IMG/VR virus record: IMGVR_UViG_3300034685_000168
Location: 1-64,000 of that record
From: a virus
Reading direction: 5' to 3' (one strand)
DNA: 64,000 nt
Shown piece by piece: positions 10,235-19,671 of the stretch. Under the pieces are notes generated by a model. That model did not search any database. It saw nothing but the letters and a program-made list of their open reading frames with translations, and was not told the DNA's origin. The first letter of the stretch is position 1; each line of letters opens with the position of its first letter. Both the position numbers and the translations under genes were made by a program.

Positions 10235-10639
10235 TTATTTTTTATTCTTAAGATCTTCCATTTCATTTTCAAGTTTATTAAGTCTATTTATAATACATCC
10301 AATATATTGTTCTGAATCTGACTGTGTGACATGACAATTAAACCTCTGGCTATATGGATTACAACGACCATAAATATCAGATGTAAATTGTGGTGGTATC
10401 CTAAATGGAGATATTTGTTCAGGTTGAGGAAGAATATTATATGCTTTCAGAATATTTTCCAAAGATAATACATTAGTTAAGTTACCAGATATAGATATTC
10501 CATTAAATATAATACAATGGTTCTGGCAGTCCGGACAAACAATTCTTTTAATAGAATTATTATATGATACATTAAAATGGTTTGATAATTTATTTTTTTT
10601 ACCACAAGTAGTACAATAAAATACTTTTTCGTTTTCCAT
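10235..10639 (-). CDS. Zn-finger protein with C-terminal coiled coil
   Basis: CTTC...CPDC; AGGAG RBS; own promoter. Confidence 0.75.
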   Translation of the reverse strand: MENEKVFYCTTCGKKNKLSNHFNVSYNNSIKRIVCPDCQNHCIIFNGISISGNLTNVLSLENILKAYNILPQPEQISPFRIPPQFTSDIYGRCNPYSQRFNCHVTQSDSEQYIGCIINRLNKLENEMEDLKNKK

Positions 10640-10672
10640 TTTTAAGACTCCTTTTTTTTATTGTTTTTAAAA

Positions 10673-10698
10673 GTAATATATAACTCAATATAGATTGA
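10673..10698 (-). promoter_or_regulatory. Putative early promoter
   Basis: TCA-ATCTATATTG-AGTTATATATTAC; contains TATATTAC, the described phiKZ early core. Confidence 0.8.
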
Positions 10699-10705
10699 GA
10701 TATTA

Positions 10706-10741
10706 ATATAACAGTAGACAATAATAAGTCTACTGTTATAT
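10706..10741 (-). terminator. Terminator after RNAP beta' gene
   Basis: TATAACAGTAGAC / GTCTACTGTTATA stem. Confidence 0.7.
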
Positions 10742-10743
10742 AT

Positions 10744-12192
10744 TTATTTTATATTGTTTTCTATACACCATGCTTTGTCAACTGGATCATCCATTAACCA
10801 ACTTTCCAATTGAGCAATTTCTTCATTACATGGTTTAATTTGATTGGATATTTTTCCATATTTCATGTCAGAAAACCCATAACATGGATGAAGTACTTTA
10901 AACTTTTCTTGTTCATCTCTTTCTTTGATTAATAAACCAAATAACTCATCTCCATCAAAATCTATGTTTGCATATTTTAATATTCTAGGAGATATATTAA
11001 TAGATTTATCATGTATATCTGTTTTAATTTCTGTTATACCTAATCCCATAATACTCAAAAACTGTAACACAGGATTTCTACCGAATATAGAAAATATACA
11101 ATGTTTATTTGATGTTAATGTTCTATGAGGAGATTCTTTAATTAAGATATGAAATATTTCATCTATTAACTCATTATAAGTTAATATACTATTTCTATAT
11201 AATTTCATAGCTTCATTAGTTTTATAACCATACCTTTTTGTTAAGATATTAATTATTTCTAATTTAAAAGAAGCAACTCCGATTTGCCAAGGAATTAATA
11301 ACTCATCACCATCGTGTTGATCTATTATTGGTGTAACAACTCCACGATATGTGAAGTGTAATCTAGATCCTAATATATTTTTTCTATTTAATCCTTTCTT
11401 TCCGTGAACTTTATTATAGAATACTTGGTATGAATATTCATAATATTTCTGATATATATTATTTATTTGTCTATCTATTTGAGATTGTTTAACAACATTG
11501 GTATTAATTTTAAATACTGTAATTGCTAATTCATTTATTGTATTGACAATATATTTAGATGTTGGATCAACTAACTTTAATTTTCCAACTACTGTCATTA
11601 TGTGTAGATTTCTATTTAGTATTGGTAATCTTTTTACCCATAAATTATTACCAAACAATTTTAAGAAATCCGATATTGTTTTTCTCTTTCTTTTTGGTTT
11701 ATATATATTTTCAAAAAAGTTTATTATGTAATCAAAATTTTCATAAAAATATTTGTAACCTTGACTCAATACTTCTGCTAAATCTTCTGGTAGATCGGCG
11801 TCTACATCCAATATCATATCTAGAATAGATTTTTTATTTACTCTACCTAACCAATTTTTTAAGATAGAATAAGCTCTTGGATGTAATAGAGGATATCCTA
11901 ATGCATCTTCTACATTGATCCATGTAGAAAAAGATAAATCATCACAAAATGCGGAAGTTGGTTTAGTTCCACATTTAGGACAAATTATATAATCAGAATA
12001 ATAATTACCATGTAAATATCCACATTTACAATGATTAATAAAATCTAATTCAGATTTATAATCACCAAATAACTCTTCAATCACATCTGTTATTTTAGCA
12101 GTATTAGAGCCAAGATCTAAATATTTCACAATATCAATAGGATTATTTTCTTTTTCATATTGATCATTAAATGGAAATATTTCTTTTTTCAT
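10744..12192 (-). CDS. rpoC: Non-virion RNA polymerase beta' N-terminal/catalytic subunit (phiKZ gp55-like)
   Basis: Zn finger CKCG...CPKCG, GKKGLNRKNILGSRLHFTYRGVV, GRNP and catalytic NIDFDGD; truncated relative to bacterial beta'. Confidence 0.92.
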   Translation of the reverse strand: MKKEIFPFNDQYEKENNPIDIVKYLDLGSNTAKITDVIEELFGDYKSELDFINHCKCGYLHGNYYSDYIICPKCGTKPTSAFCDDLSFSTWINVEDALGYPLLHPRAYSILKNWLGRVNKKSILDMILDVDADLPEDLAEVLSQGYKYFYENFDYIINFFENIYKPKRKRKTISDFLKLFGNNLWVKRLPILNRNLHIMTVVGKLKLVDPTSKYIVNTINELAITVFKINTNVVKQSQIDRQINNIYQKYYEYSYQVFYNKVHGKKGLNRKNILGSRLHFTYRGVVTPIIDQHDGDELLIPWQIGVASFKLEIINILTKRYGYKTNEAMKLYRNSILTYNELIDEIFHILIKESPHRTLTSNKHCIFSIFGRNPVLQFLSIMGLGITEIKTDIHDKSINISPRILKYANIDFDGDELFGLLIKERDEQEKFKVLHPCYGFSDMKYGKISNQIKPCNEEIAQLESWLMDDPVDKAWCIENNIK

Positions 12193-12212
12193 ATTGGTCC
12201 TTGTTATAACAA

Positions 12213-12248
12213 AAAAATAGAGTGGAAAATTAATCCCACTCTATTTTT
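12213..12248 (-). terminator. Terminator after the chimallin-like gene
   Basis: AAAAATAGAGTGG / CCACTCTATTTTT stem with T-run. Confidence 0.75.
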
Positions 12249-12257
12249 AATTATTTA

Positions 12258-13808
12258 TTAATAGTTAAATCCATATGGGTTGAATCCATTACCACCATAT
12301 GTATTTGCGTTCGTTGGTCCACCATAATTAAATCCACCCATGCCAAAATATCCACCATTACCAAGCATATTGGCATTGATGGCTGAATTCATTTGGTCTT
12401 CAGGATTACAATCAACAACAATATAAGGTAGAACCCAGTCTACTAGTGTCATGATAAATTTTTCATCCAAAAAGAGTTGCATATCTTCATAACAAATATC
12501 AAACTGGTCTCTGTAACCTCTTTCATTAATACAATGAACACGGTCCATTGGATCATTCCATCTGGTTAGTAGACCATCTTCCAACCCAGCATCTTCTGGG
12601 AATCTGTTTTTAAAGAATAGGTAATCGAGTCTTTCTACTGGGAAAGGTTCTGCACCAGTAGTATGAACGTTACCTGTATAGTATTTTAATATCTTTAGTT
12701 TCGCTATATTCACCTTATCTGCTTGGGAAGAATCAACTCCCAAGAATTTATACATAAATTTTACAACTTTAGAGTGATCATAAACGAAATCAGATAGACC
12801 TGGAATAGTCTGTCTACCATTGGATACCATAAGAGCAATTTCAGGTGATGTGAAAAAGCTATTAATGATATGAAAAGCTTCATTTTGATCAGTAAGTTGT
12901 GGTTTATTAATGAATGCACCAAGATTGAAGCTATCTTCTGCTCCTCTTGTAAGATATGGACGCATCCACATTGTACTTTCGATAAATTCTTTTACTATCA
13001 TAGGGAGAACTATAGCAAGTAGTTCTCTATCGGGCATTACTGCACCAATATAAGAAATGTTAATAATTGGAACTATTACTTTTTCATGTGGTTGATAAAT
13101 ATGACTTTTCTTAAGAAAGTCAGTATAAGCACCAACTACAATAAGTTCTTCTTTATTTTCAAAACTGTTATTATCATTATTATTATCTGTAACAGACAAT
13201 ACGAAACCATAATCAATTCTTGGTTTTACAGCATGAACACATGTTTGATCAACCATAGACATTACATTGTAATAATTAGTGTCTATGTAGAATTTCTTCT
13301 CTGGGTTTGCGTTACCATGACCACCAACATCTGCAAGTGTAAGTTTATTGGTATCAGTTGCATATACAAAAGCATTAATAATGTGTCTGCATGCAACATC
13401 AACAAGATGATAATCTTCCTCATTAATAACAAGAAGATCAAACAAAGATGCTTTCGGGCTATACATACTACGCATCTTATGGGTAATTTCTTTCATTCTT
13501 GTAGTTGGTGGTGGATTGTTAATATTTCTACCTCTTTTCATAATAAGAGCAAAAACATTATCTTTAATACCTTTAAGAAATACAACTTCACCATATCCAT
13601 GAAGAAACATGGACTTAACATCATCTGGGTTGATAAGATTTTTATCAACCAGTGCATCGATGATGGTATTTCTGTATTCAAGTCCTGCAGGAGACAGACT
13701 TGATCCTTTTGTATAAGAATTAAGCTTTTTATCAAGATTACTCATTCTTATTGGAGATGTTTCAGAACCTTCATTAAACTTTTTTTTCTGTACATTGATT
13801 TCGACCAT
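12258..13808 (-). CDS. chmA: Chimallin (nuclear shell protein ChmA/PhuN)-like, divergent
   Basis: Syntenic with phiKZ gp54 (just upstream of and co-oriented with nvRNAP beta'); early promoter; codon style like the capsid gene. Ordered motifs PRID, VGAYTDF, WMRPY..FNLGA, RLDYL resemble recalled ChmA blocks; Gly/aromatic C-terminal tail. Confidence 0.7.
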   Translation of the reverse strand: MVEINVQKKKFNEGSETSPIRMSNLDKKLNSYTKGSSLSPAGLEYRNTIIDALVDKNLINPDDVKSMFLHGYGEVVFLKGIKDNVFALIMKRGRNINNPPPTTRMKEITHKMRSMYSPKASLFDLLVINEEDYHLVDVACRHIINAFVYATDTNKLTLADVGGHGNANPEKKFYIDTNYYNVMSMVDQTCVHAVKPRIDYGFVLSVTDNNNDNNSFENKEELIVVGAYTDFLKKSHIYQPHEKVIVPIINISYIGAVMPDRELLAIVLPMIVKEFIESTMWMRPYLTRGAEDSFNLGAFINKPQLTDQNEAFHIINSFFTSPEIALMVSNGRQTIPGLSDFVYDHSKVVKFMYKFLGVDSSQADKVNIAKLKILKYYTGNVHTTGAEPFPVERLDYLFFKNRFPEDAGLEDGLLTRWNDPMDRVHCINERGYRDQFDICYEDMQLFLDEKFIMTLVDWVLPYIVVDCNPEDQMNSAINANMLGNGGYFGMGGFNYGGPTNANTYGGNGFNPYGFNY

Positions 13809-13890
13809 TTCTTAAAATCCTTTCTTAAATAAATAAATTAAACATTTTAATAATTATTAAAAAATTCAATCAATTGAATCTTTCATTATA

Positions 13891-13916
13891 GAAATATATA
13901 AATGAAAATTGATTGA
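13891..13916 (-). promoter_or_regulatory. Putative early promoter of the chimallin-like gene
   Basis: TCA-ATCAATTTTC-ATTTATATATTTC, consensus match. Confidence 0.8.
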
Positions 13917-14040
13917 AAAAATAGTAATCCAGATATCTGGATTAACTACTTATTAAATGATTATAGTATGTATTTTTTTATGATTATTTTTACTATAATC
14001 CTTATTTTATAACTAAAGTAAATTAACCAATAAAATATTT

Positions 14041-15159
14041 ATGGAGTTAAAATATATTACTATGATTAAATTACCTAATTACAATACTAATGTAAAAAAA
14101 ACTATAAGAACTTGGGATAGATTAATAAATAATGTTAATAATAAACTTAATATTTTTTTAGGTTCAAGATTTGAAAAAGATCATTTAAAAAGATCTACTG
14201 CTTTTCAAAAAATAAATTATTTATTATCACATGTTACTTATGAAAATATTTTAGAAGATAAATCTATAAGTTCTATTTATTTTGATTATATATTAAATAG
14301 ATATGATATATTTTGTGAAATACTTTCTTCACCTTACGATATACAACCTCAAGAAAATATTTTTCTTTATAATAAAGATGGAAAAGATACAATAGAATAT
14401 TTAATTCCAACATCAAGGAAAAATCCACTTAGAAATCTACCTATTAATAATCCAGATTACAATACTTGGAAAAAAATAGAATGTATAAAAATAATAACAC
14501 ATGATTCTAAAAAATTACCAGACCAATATAATTTTAATTTAACATTTAAAAATAATGGTCCCTCATATGGAATTGTAGTTGTTGATATAGTTGTATTAAT
14601 AATTAAATATATCACTAAATTAAAATCTATTAAAGAAGAAAATTATAATATTAATAAAGTTAGAGAAAACTTTATACATACCGAATTCTATAACTTAATA
14701 GATGATAGTTTAACTATATATTTAAAAAATATGATAATAGATGTTATAAATGATGAAATACCTGAATCATTACCAATGTTATATATTACCAACTATTCAG
14801 ATCTAGTGGATGAATTAGAGGATAAAATATTAGATGTAAAAATAGGTGCATTAAAACCAGAAGATTTCTTAAATATACCTTGGATAAATAATAAATCTAT
14901 TATTCATTTATTTAATGAATTGGAATATAATTGGTATATGGAAGATATAAGACAAAATATTGGAATAAAATTTCTTATGTATAGTGATTTATTTTACATT
15001 ATGAAATCTATATGTGAATTTTATCCTTCTTCAGGATTTACCGAATTATTTTTACAAAGATATGAAAGATTCACTAAGCAATGTTCAGAACAAAGAATAT
15101 GGAATAGATCTAATATAAGTGAATTTTCCGATATTATCCGTACTCTAATAAATAGTTAA
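14041..15159 (+). CDS. Conserved jumbo phage hypothetical protein (position and size like phiKZ gp52)
   Basis: 372-aa ORF divergent from the chmA-like gene; identity inferred from synteny only. Confidence 0.5.
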   Translation: MELKYITMIKLPNYNTNVKKTIRTWDRLINNVNNKLNIFLGSRFEKDHLKRSTAFQKINYLLSHVTYENILEDKSISSIYFDYILNRYDIFCEILSSPYDIQPQENIFLYNKDGKDTIEYLIPTSRKNPLRNLPINNPDYNTWKKIECIKIITHDSKKLPDQYNFNLTFKNNGPSYGIVVVDIVVLIIKYITKLKSIKEENYNINKVRENFIHTEFYNLIDDSLTIYLKNMIIDVINDEIPESLPMLYITNYSDLVDELEDKILDVKIGALKPEDFLNIPWINNKSIIHLFNELEYNWYMEDIRQNIGIKFLMYSDLFYIMKSICEFYPSSGFTELFLQRYERFTKQCSEQRIWNRSNISEFSDIIRTLINS

Positions 15160-15210
15160 TTAGTGTTACCTAATTAATATTTATATATAATGATAACCTT
15201 TTATAAAAAA

Positions 15211-15243
15211 ATATAAGAGAGGGTTTTATTCCCTCTCTTATAT
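15211..15243. terminator. Bidirectional terminator
   Basis: ATATAAGAGAGGG / CCCTCTCTTATAT between convergent genes. Confidence 0.8.
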
Positions 15244-15249
15244 TAAAAC

Positions 15250-15654
15250 TTATTTTGTTTTTTCTTCATTGTTTTCAATTAAAATACCTAATTGATATTC
15301 TATTGGTCCTATTAAATTTATTGTTAATATTAGACCAAGCATAAACATATCCAATAATGATGAATAATATTTACCTAAATCAAAAAAGTTAATTATAGAT
15401 AATCCAAGTATATGTATATAAATACAACAGAATATGTTGTAAAATAATGATAATTTGCTTGATACTTCATTATTTATTTTATTAAACATGGTAATATCAG
15501 AAAAAATATTTTTTAATTGAAATGTCATTGTTATTATGATAGTACAATAAACAATATAACTAACATAGGGTATATTGATTAAATGTATATTACTAACTAT
15601 TACAAGATATATTACAAACAATATTAGTTTAATAAATAATTTTTTATTTTCCAT
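15250..15654 (-). CDS. Small membrane protein (about 4 TM)
   Basis: Four hydrophobic segments; AAGGAG RBS. Confidence 0.75.
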   Translation of the reverse strand: MENKKLFIKLILFVIYLVIVSNIHLINIPYVSYIVYCTIIITMTFQLKNIFSDITMFNKINNEVSSKLSLFYNIFCCIYIHILGLSIINFFDLGKYYSSLLDMFMLGLILTINLIGPIEYQLGILIENNEEKTK

Positions 15655-15662
15655 TTTAATTA

Positions 15663-15836
15663 TTACTCCTTAACACTTAATTGGTTATTATAAAAAATAT
15701 ATGATTTCTCCTTTAATAATTTTATTCTTTCCTTTAAATCATATAGTTCTTTTTTTGATTCTTCGTGGTTTATACTTAATTCTGTTAATTGTTGTTTTAC
15801 TTTTTCAAACTGTTCATTAAAACCGGTTTCATTCAT
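15663..15836 (-). CDS. Small coiled-coil protein (57 aa, MNETGFNEQFEKVKQQL...)
   Basis: Read by hand; AAGGA RBS; first gene after promoter 15892-15917. Confidence 0.6.
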   Translation of the reverse strand: MNETGFNEQFEKVKQQLTELSINHEESKKELYDLKERIKLLKEKSYIFYNNQLSVKE

Positions 15837-15891
15837 TTTTATTTATTCCTTATTAATAAAAAAGTTAATATTATTTTGTATTCGTATAATA

Positions 15892-15917
15892 GATATATAT
15901 AAATAAAAATAAATTGA
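15892..15917 (-). promoter_or_regulatory. Putative early promoter
   Basis: TCA-ATTTATTTTT-ATTTATATATATC. Confidence 0.75.
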
Positions 15918-15926
15918 ATAATAGTA

Positions 15927-15962
15927 ATATATACTAGGAGTTTTTACACTCCTAGTATATAT
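15927..15962 (-). terminator. Terminator with GTAAAA loop
   Basis: Minus strand ATATATACTAGGAGT-GTAAAA-ACTCCTAGTATATAT. Confidence 0.8.
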
Positions 15963-15963
15963 A

Positions 15964-16869
15964 TTAAAATATTTTATTTTTTACACCTAGTTCTTTTATC
16001 ACATAAATCATATTATGCTCAATAACGGTATGTGTCGTTACATTAACAGAATAAGATTCGAATAATCCTGCTATATTTTTTACATAATCACTTAGATTAG
16101 CTAATATAGTTTTATCTATATCTTTATCTTCCATAACTTCTAATTTATTAATTATATCATCACATTTATTTTCACACTTTTTCATATTATCAAATATAGT
16201 AGTTACATTAAGAATATTTTGTTCCATAGTTAATAAATCATTAGTAACTAATTTTAGATCATTATTATCTTTAAATAATTTCTTTAAAGGTTTAGTAAAT
16301 GTTCTTTTATCTTCAAAATTTTTAGATACTAATTTATCACATCTATTTATTTTATCATCTAATGCGTTTATTTGATTATTATCCACTATATTAGATAATT
16401 TATTTAACTTAACTAGATCAGTAAAAATATCAGTTAATATTCTTACAATATTATTAGAAGTATCTTTCATATTAAGAATATTGTAAGTTGAATTAATATT
16501 GTTTATGACAGTCAAATAATCAGTCTTCATACCTCTTGGAAAATCAACTTCTATATCCGAAATAGATTCCCATGGAAGAGATAATACTCTTTGTATCTTT
16601 TTAGTATTAGAACTATAAAATATTTTAAACTCAGATTTATTAACATTAAAAGAAAACATCTTGTTTTTTAAAATATTACTAAATACATTACGAAGAGCTT
16701 GAAACATAGTTGAAATTATATCGGTAATAATAAATCCATTGAGAACTATTTCATTATCAGAATTATTAAGTAATATTTTTTTAATATTATGTAATTCTGC
16801 TAAAGCAAGTTCCAAAGACTCTTGATCTAATATATATTCTGGTTTTTTATAATCATTTATATCAATCAT
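15964..16869 (-). CDS. Putative virion internal head protein
   Basis: Acidic N-terminal propeptide-like segment then amphipathic helix (GFIITDIISTMFQALRNVF), an architecture typical of phiKZ head paralog families. Confidence 0.5.
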   Translation of the reverse strand: MIDINDYKKPEYILDQESLELALAELHNIKKILLNNSDNEIVLNGFIITDIISTMFQALRNVFSNILKNKMFSFNVNKSEFKIFYSSNTKKIQRVLSLPWESISDIEVDFPRGMKTDYLTVINNINSTYNILNMKDTSNNIVRILTDIFTDLVKLNKLSNIVDNNQINALDDKINRCDKLVSKNFEDKRTFTKPLKKLFKDNNDLKLVTNDLLTMEQNILNVTTIFDNMKKCENKCDDIINKLEVMEDKDIDKTILANLSDYVKNIAGLFESYSVNVTTHTVIEHNMIYVIKELGVKNKIF

Positions 16870-16875
16870 AATAGT

Positions 16876-18297
16876 TTAATTATTCCTTTTTTTAATTCTA
16901 TTGTTATGTTCATTTATTTTAAGATTATTAGAATTTATATAATCTAAATATTTATCTACCATAATAACTAATGCTTTTTTAGTGTAATTATTCATATCCA
17001 ATAATACATCAGAAACAGCTAAACAATAATTTAAAAGAGATGAATTAAAATTTAAATAATTATTAATTTCTAATAAATATGCATAAATTAATTCTATTTG
17101 TTCAGGTGATAACATTTGTTTTTGATATTCAACTTGATGAACTCTTTCCATAACTTTATATGCTTCTTCGAATACCCTAAATGTACTATTTAATTTAGCA
17201 CAAAGATTTATTATTTGAGTAATAGTTTGTTCATTTTTTTCAATATTGTTATTATTATCTCCAAATAGTTCTTCTAAGGAACAATTTTCAATATTTATAT
17301 TTCTGTATATAAATGTACTTGTCATAGGTATTGGTTTTTCTTCTACTTTTAAAACTTCATCGACATTATTCACAAATCTATTAGGAGAAACTTCTGGGTC
17401 TATTATTAGTATATCATTAATTAATTTATTATTAACAATAGATTCGTTAAATATTTTAAAGAAATTATATTTTTCTAATTCTAATAACATTACGTCTAAC
17501 ATAATATTATCTATATATTCTTTCTTTTTAAAATGATCAACAGATTTTAAAAGTTTATTAATACCTAGATTAGATATCATATCTATTAAATTATTAACTT
17601 CTAATACAAAAAATCCATTAATAAAATATTTATCATATACATTTAAATCCATTGATTTCAACTTAATTTGTCTTTTTATTAATGGTATAAAACTTTTATT
17701 AGAAGGTCTTAAATATGGAATAAAATAATCTGTGTTATAATTTATCTCTTTGAGATATTCAAAATCATCTATATAAAAATGTTCTGGATCTATATGTTTA
17801 TTAGTCGACATTTCTTTATTAATAGTACTAATAATATCATTAGACTTTTTAATCATATTATTTAATTCTTTATTAATCTTTTCTGATTCTTTTTGTTTGA
17901 TATTATTTTTTTTAGTAGAGTTAGTTATCCATCCTTTTATCTTATCAAAAAGATTTTTTATAAATCCTAATATTTTTTTTATTAATGACCATACAACATC
18001 AATAGATCTTTTAATAAAATTATTATTAAGAATTTCATTATCGGGATCTTCTACAAGTGAATTTAATAATAGTTTATCTTCATCATTATAAATTTCTATT
18101 AAACCAATATTAGTTATATAAGATTTTAATTCGGGAGTAAATTTATTATTTTTAATAGTTTTTTTAAAAGCCATTAAAATATCCAGAGAAATCAATAGAT
18201 TTTCTACTCTATTTTGTGCTAAAAGTACATCAGTGTATGATGATATTGGTATGTCTTTTTCTTTTAATTTTAGATTAGTATAATTACCTATATTCAT
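16876..18297 (-). CDS. Putative virion internal head protein
   Basis: Propeptide-like N-terminus then VWSLIKKILGFIKNLFDKIKGWI amphipathic helix, characteristic of phiKZ-like inner head proteins. Confidence 0.55.
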   Translation of the reverse strand: MNIGNYTNLKLKEKDIPISSYTDVLLAQNRVENLLISLDILMAFKKTIKNNKFTPELKSYITNIGLIEIYNDEDKLLLNSLVEDPDNEILNNNFIKRSIDVVWSLIKKILGFIKNLFDKIKGWITNSTKKNNIKQKESEKINKELNNMIKKSNDIISTINKEMSTNKHIDPEHFYIDDFEYLKEINYNTDYFIPYLRPSNKSFIPLIKRQIKLKSMDLNVYDKYFINGFFVLEVNNLIDMISNLGINKLLKSVDHFKKKEYIDNIMLDVMLLELEKYNFFKIFNESIVNNKLINDILIIDPEVSPNRFVNNVDEVLKVEEKPIPMTSTFIYRNINIENCSLEELFGDNNNNIEKNEQTITQIINLCAKLNSTFRVFEEAYKVMERVHQVEYQKQMLSPEQIELIYAYLLEINNYLNFNSSLLNYCLAVSDVLLDMNNYTKKALVIMVDKYLDYINSNNLKINEHNNRIKKRNN

Positions 18298-18343
18298 TTA
18301 TTTATCCTTTAAATTTAATTAAAATGGTTTAGTTATAAAATGT

Positions 18344-18383
18344 TATATTACATAAGTGAGAATTAACTCACTTATGTAATATA
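18344..18383 (-). terminator. Terminator
   Basis: TATATTACATAAGTGAG / CTCACTTATGTAATATA 17-bp stem. Confidence 0.75.
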
Positions 18384-18386
18384 TAA

Positions 18387-19661
18387 TTATTTATTTAAAA
18401 AAACAAATTCTTCATTTATTAATTGATCTAATCCCATTTTAGATATATTATTGAAAAAATTAGTAATAAATATATTTTCTATAGTATTTAACCAATTTTC
18501 TAATAATTCATTATTAATAAAATTAGGTAATACTAAAAATTCTTTTTCATTTATATTATCTATTTCGATACTCAATTCATTATCATCTAATTTAAATAAA
18601 ATAATATTGTAATCTTTATCAACTATGATTTCTGATATTGAATGTTTTTTATTGTTTATAGAAACTTTATTATAAGGTGGTATAATAGAAATATTGTCAC
18701 TATTAGGTATTTTATTTATTTTACCACAATATAACCCATAATTATTAAAAGTTACATTATAGACATCTGAATATTTTTTCTCATTTTCATTTTCTGAATA
18801 AGGAAAAGGATTTGCTGCTTTTTCCATTTCTTCTTTTTCTAATGAAATAAAATCATTAACTAATTTAGTTGCTACTTGTGGATTTATTCCCAACCCATAT
18901 AACCAATGTAATGTTCCATTACCTATTACACCTGAAGATATAATATCATAATAAGATTGGGTAAAACCTTTTCGTATTTTACCTTTAAGATCCAATTCCA
19001 TTAAATCAGTTTCTGACCAATTATCAGGTTCCCACCCAAGCTTTTCACAGATACTTATATATACTTCATTAAATGAAGCTATTTCTTTTAAACAACCTTC
19101 TATATAGACTATAGAACTATTAATAGAACTAACCAATTCAACCATTTTATTTTTTAAATAATCTATTCTTGCTTCTAATTCTATTATTTCTAATTCAGTA
19201 TTTATATTATCTAATTCATTATCTGTTTTATTATTTTTTAATATATTTATTTTTTTATCTAATAAAACTATTTCCTTTTTATATTTGGATAAATTTATTT
19301 TTTGTTCATAAATTTTATTTTTATTAGTTTCTAATGCTGATCTTTTAGATTCTATTTGAGCTACACATTGTTTAATAATCTCTGCTGGAGCACAACCCGC
19401 TTCCATTGTTAATGTCATTAATTTATTATCTATTTGATTATTAGATCTACCAAAATTATTTTGTATAATGTCTTGGTATTTTAAATCAGAAGATAATCTT
19501 TCTAATTTATCATTATCAAAAACTTTAAATTCTAAAAAATTATTTAAATCACTTAATCCTCTAGATGCTATTTTAGTTAATGAAGTATTAGACTTACTAA
19601 ATATACTATCAACTTTATCAATAACATCTAAATATTTTTCTTCTATAATAGTTAAATCCAT
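18387..19661 (-). CDS. Coiled-coil hypothetical protein
   Basis: 424 aa with a long heptad region; follows the recombinase gene. Confidence 0.7.
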   Translation of the reverse strand: MDLTIIEEKYLDVIDKVDSIFSKSNTSLTKIASRGLSDLNNFLEFKVFDNDKLERLSSDLKYQDIIQNNFGRSNNQIDNKLMTLTMEAGCAPAEIIKQCVAQIESKRSALETNKNKIYEQKINLSKYKKEIVLLDKKINILKNNKTDNELDNINTELEIIELEARIDYLKNKMVELVSSINSSIVYIEGCLKEIASFNEVYISICEKLGWEPDNWSETDLMELDLKGKIRKGFTQSYYDIISSGVIGNGTLHWLYGLGINPQVATKLVNDFISLEKEEMEKAANPFPYSENENEKKYSDVYNVTFNNYGLYCGKINKIPNSDNISIIPPYNKVSINNKKHSISEIIVDKDYNIILFKLDDNELSIEIDNINEKEFLVLPNFINNELLENWLNTIENIFITNFFNNISKMGLDQLINEEFVFLNK

Positions 19662-19671
19662 AATTAAAATA

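Noticed and set aside
10744-12192. Intron or intein in RNAP beta' (or in terminase or helicase), common in relatives
   Set aside because: Reading frames are continuous and of expected size, with no homing endonuclease or intein motifs seen.
13086-13703. 205-aa plus-strand ORF
   Set aside because: Antisense to the chimallin-like gene, no RBS, atypical composition; a by-product of codon bias.
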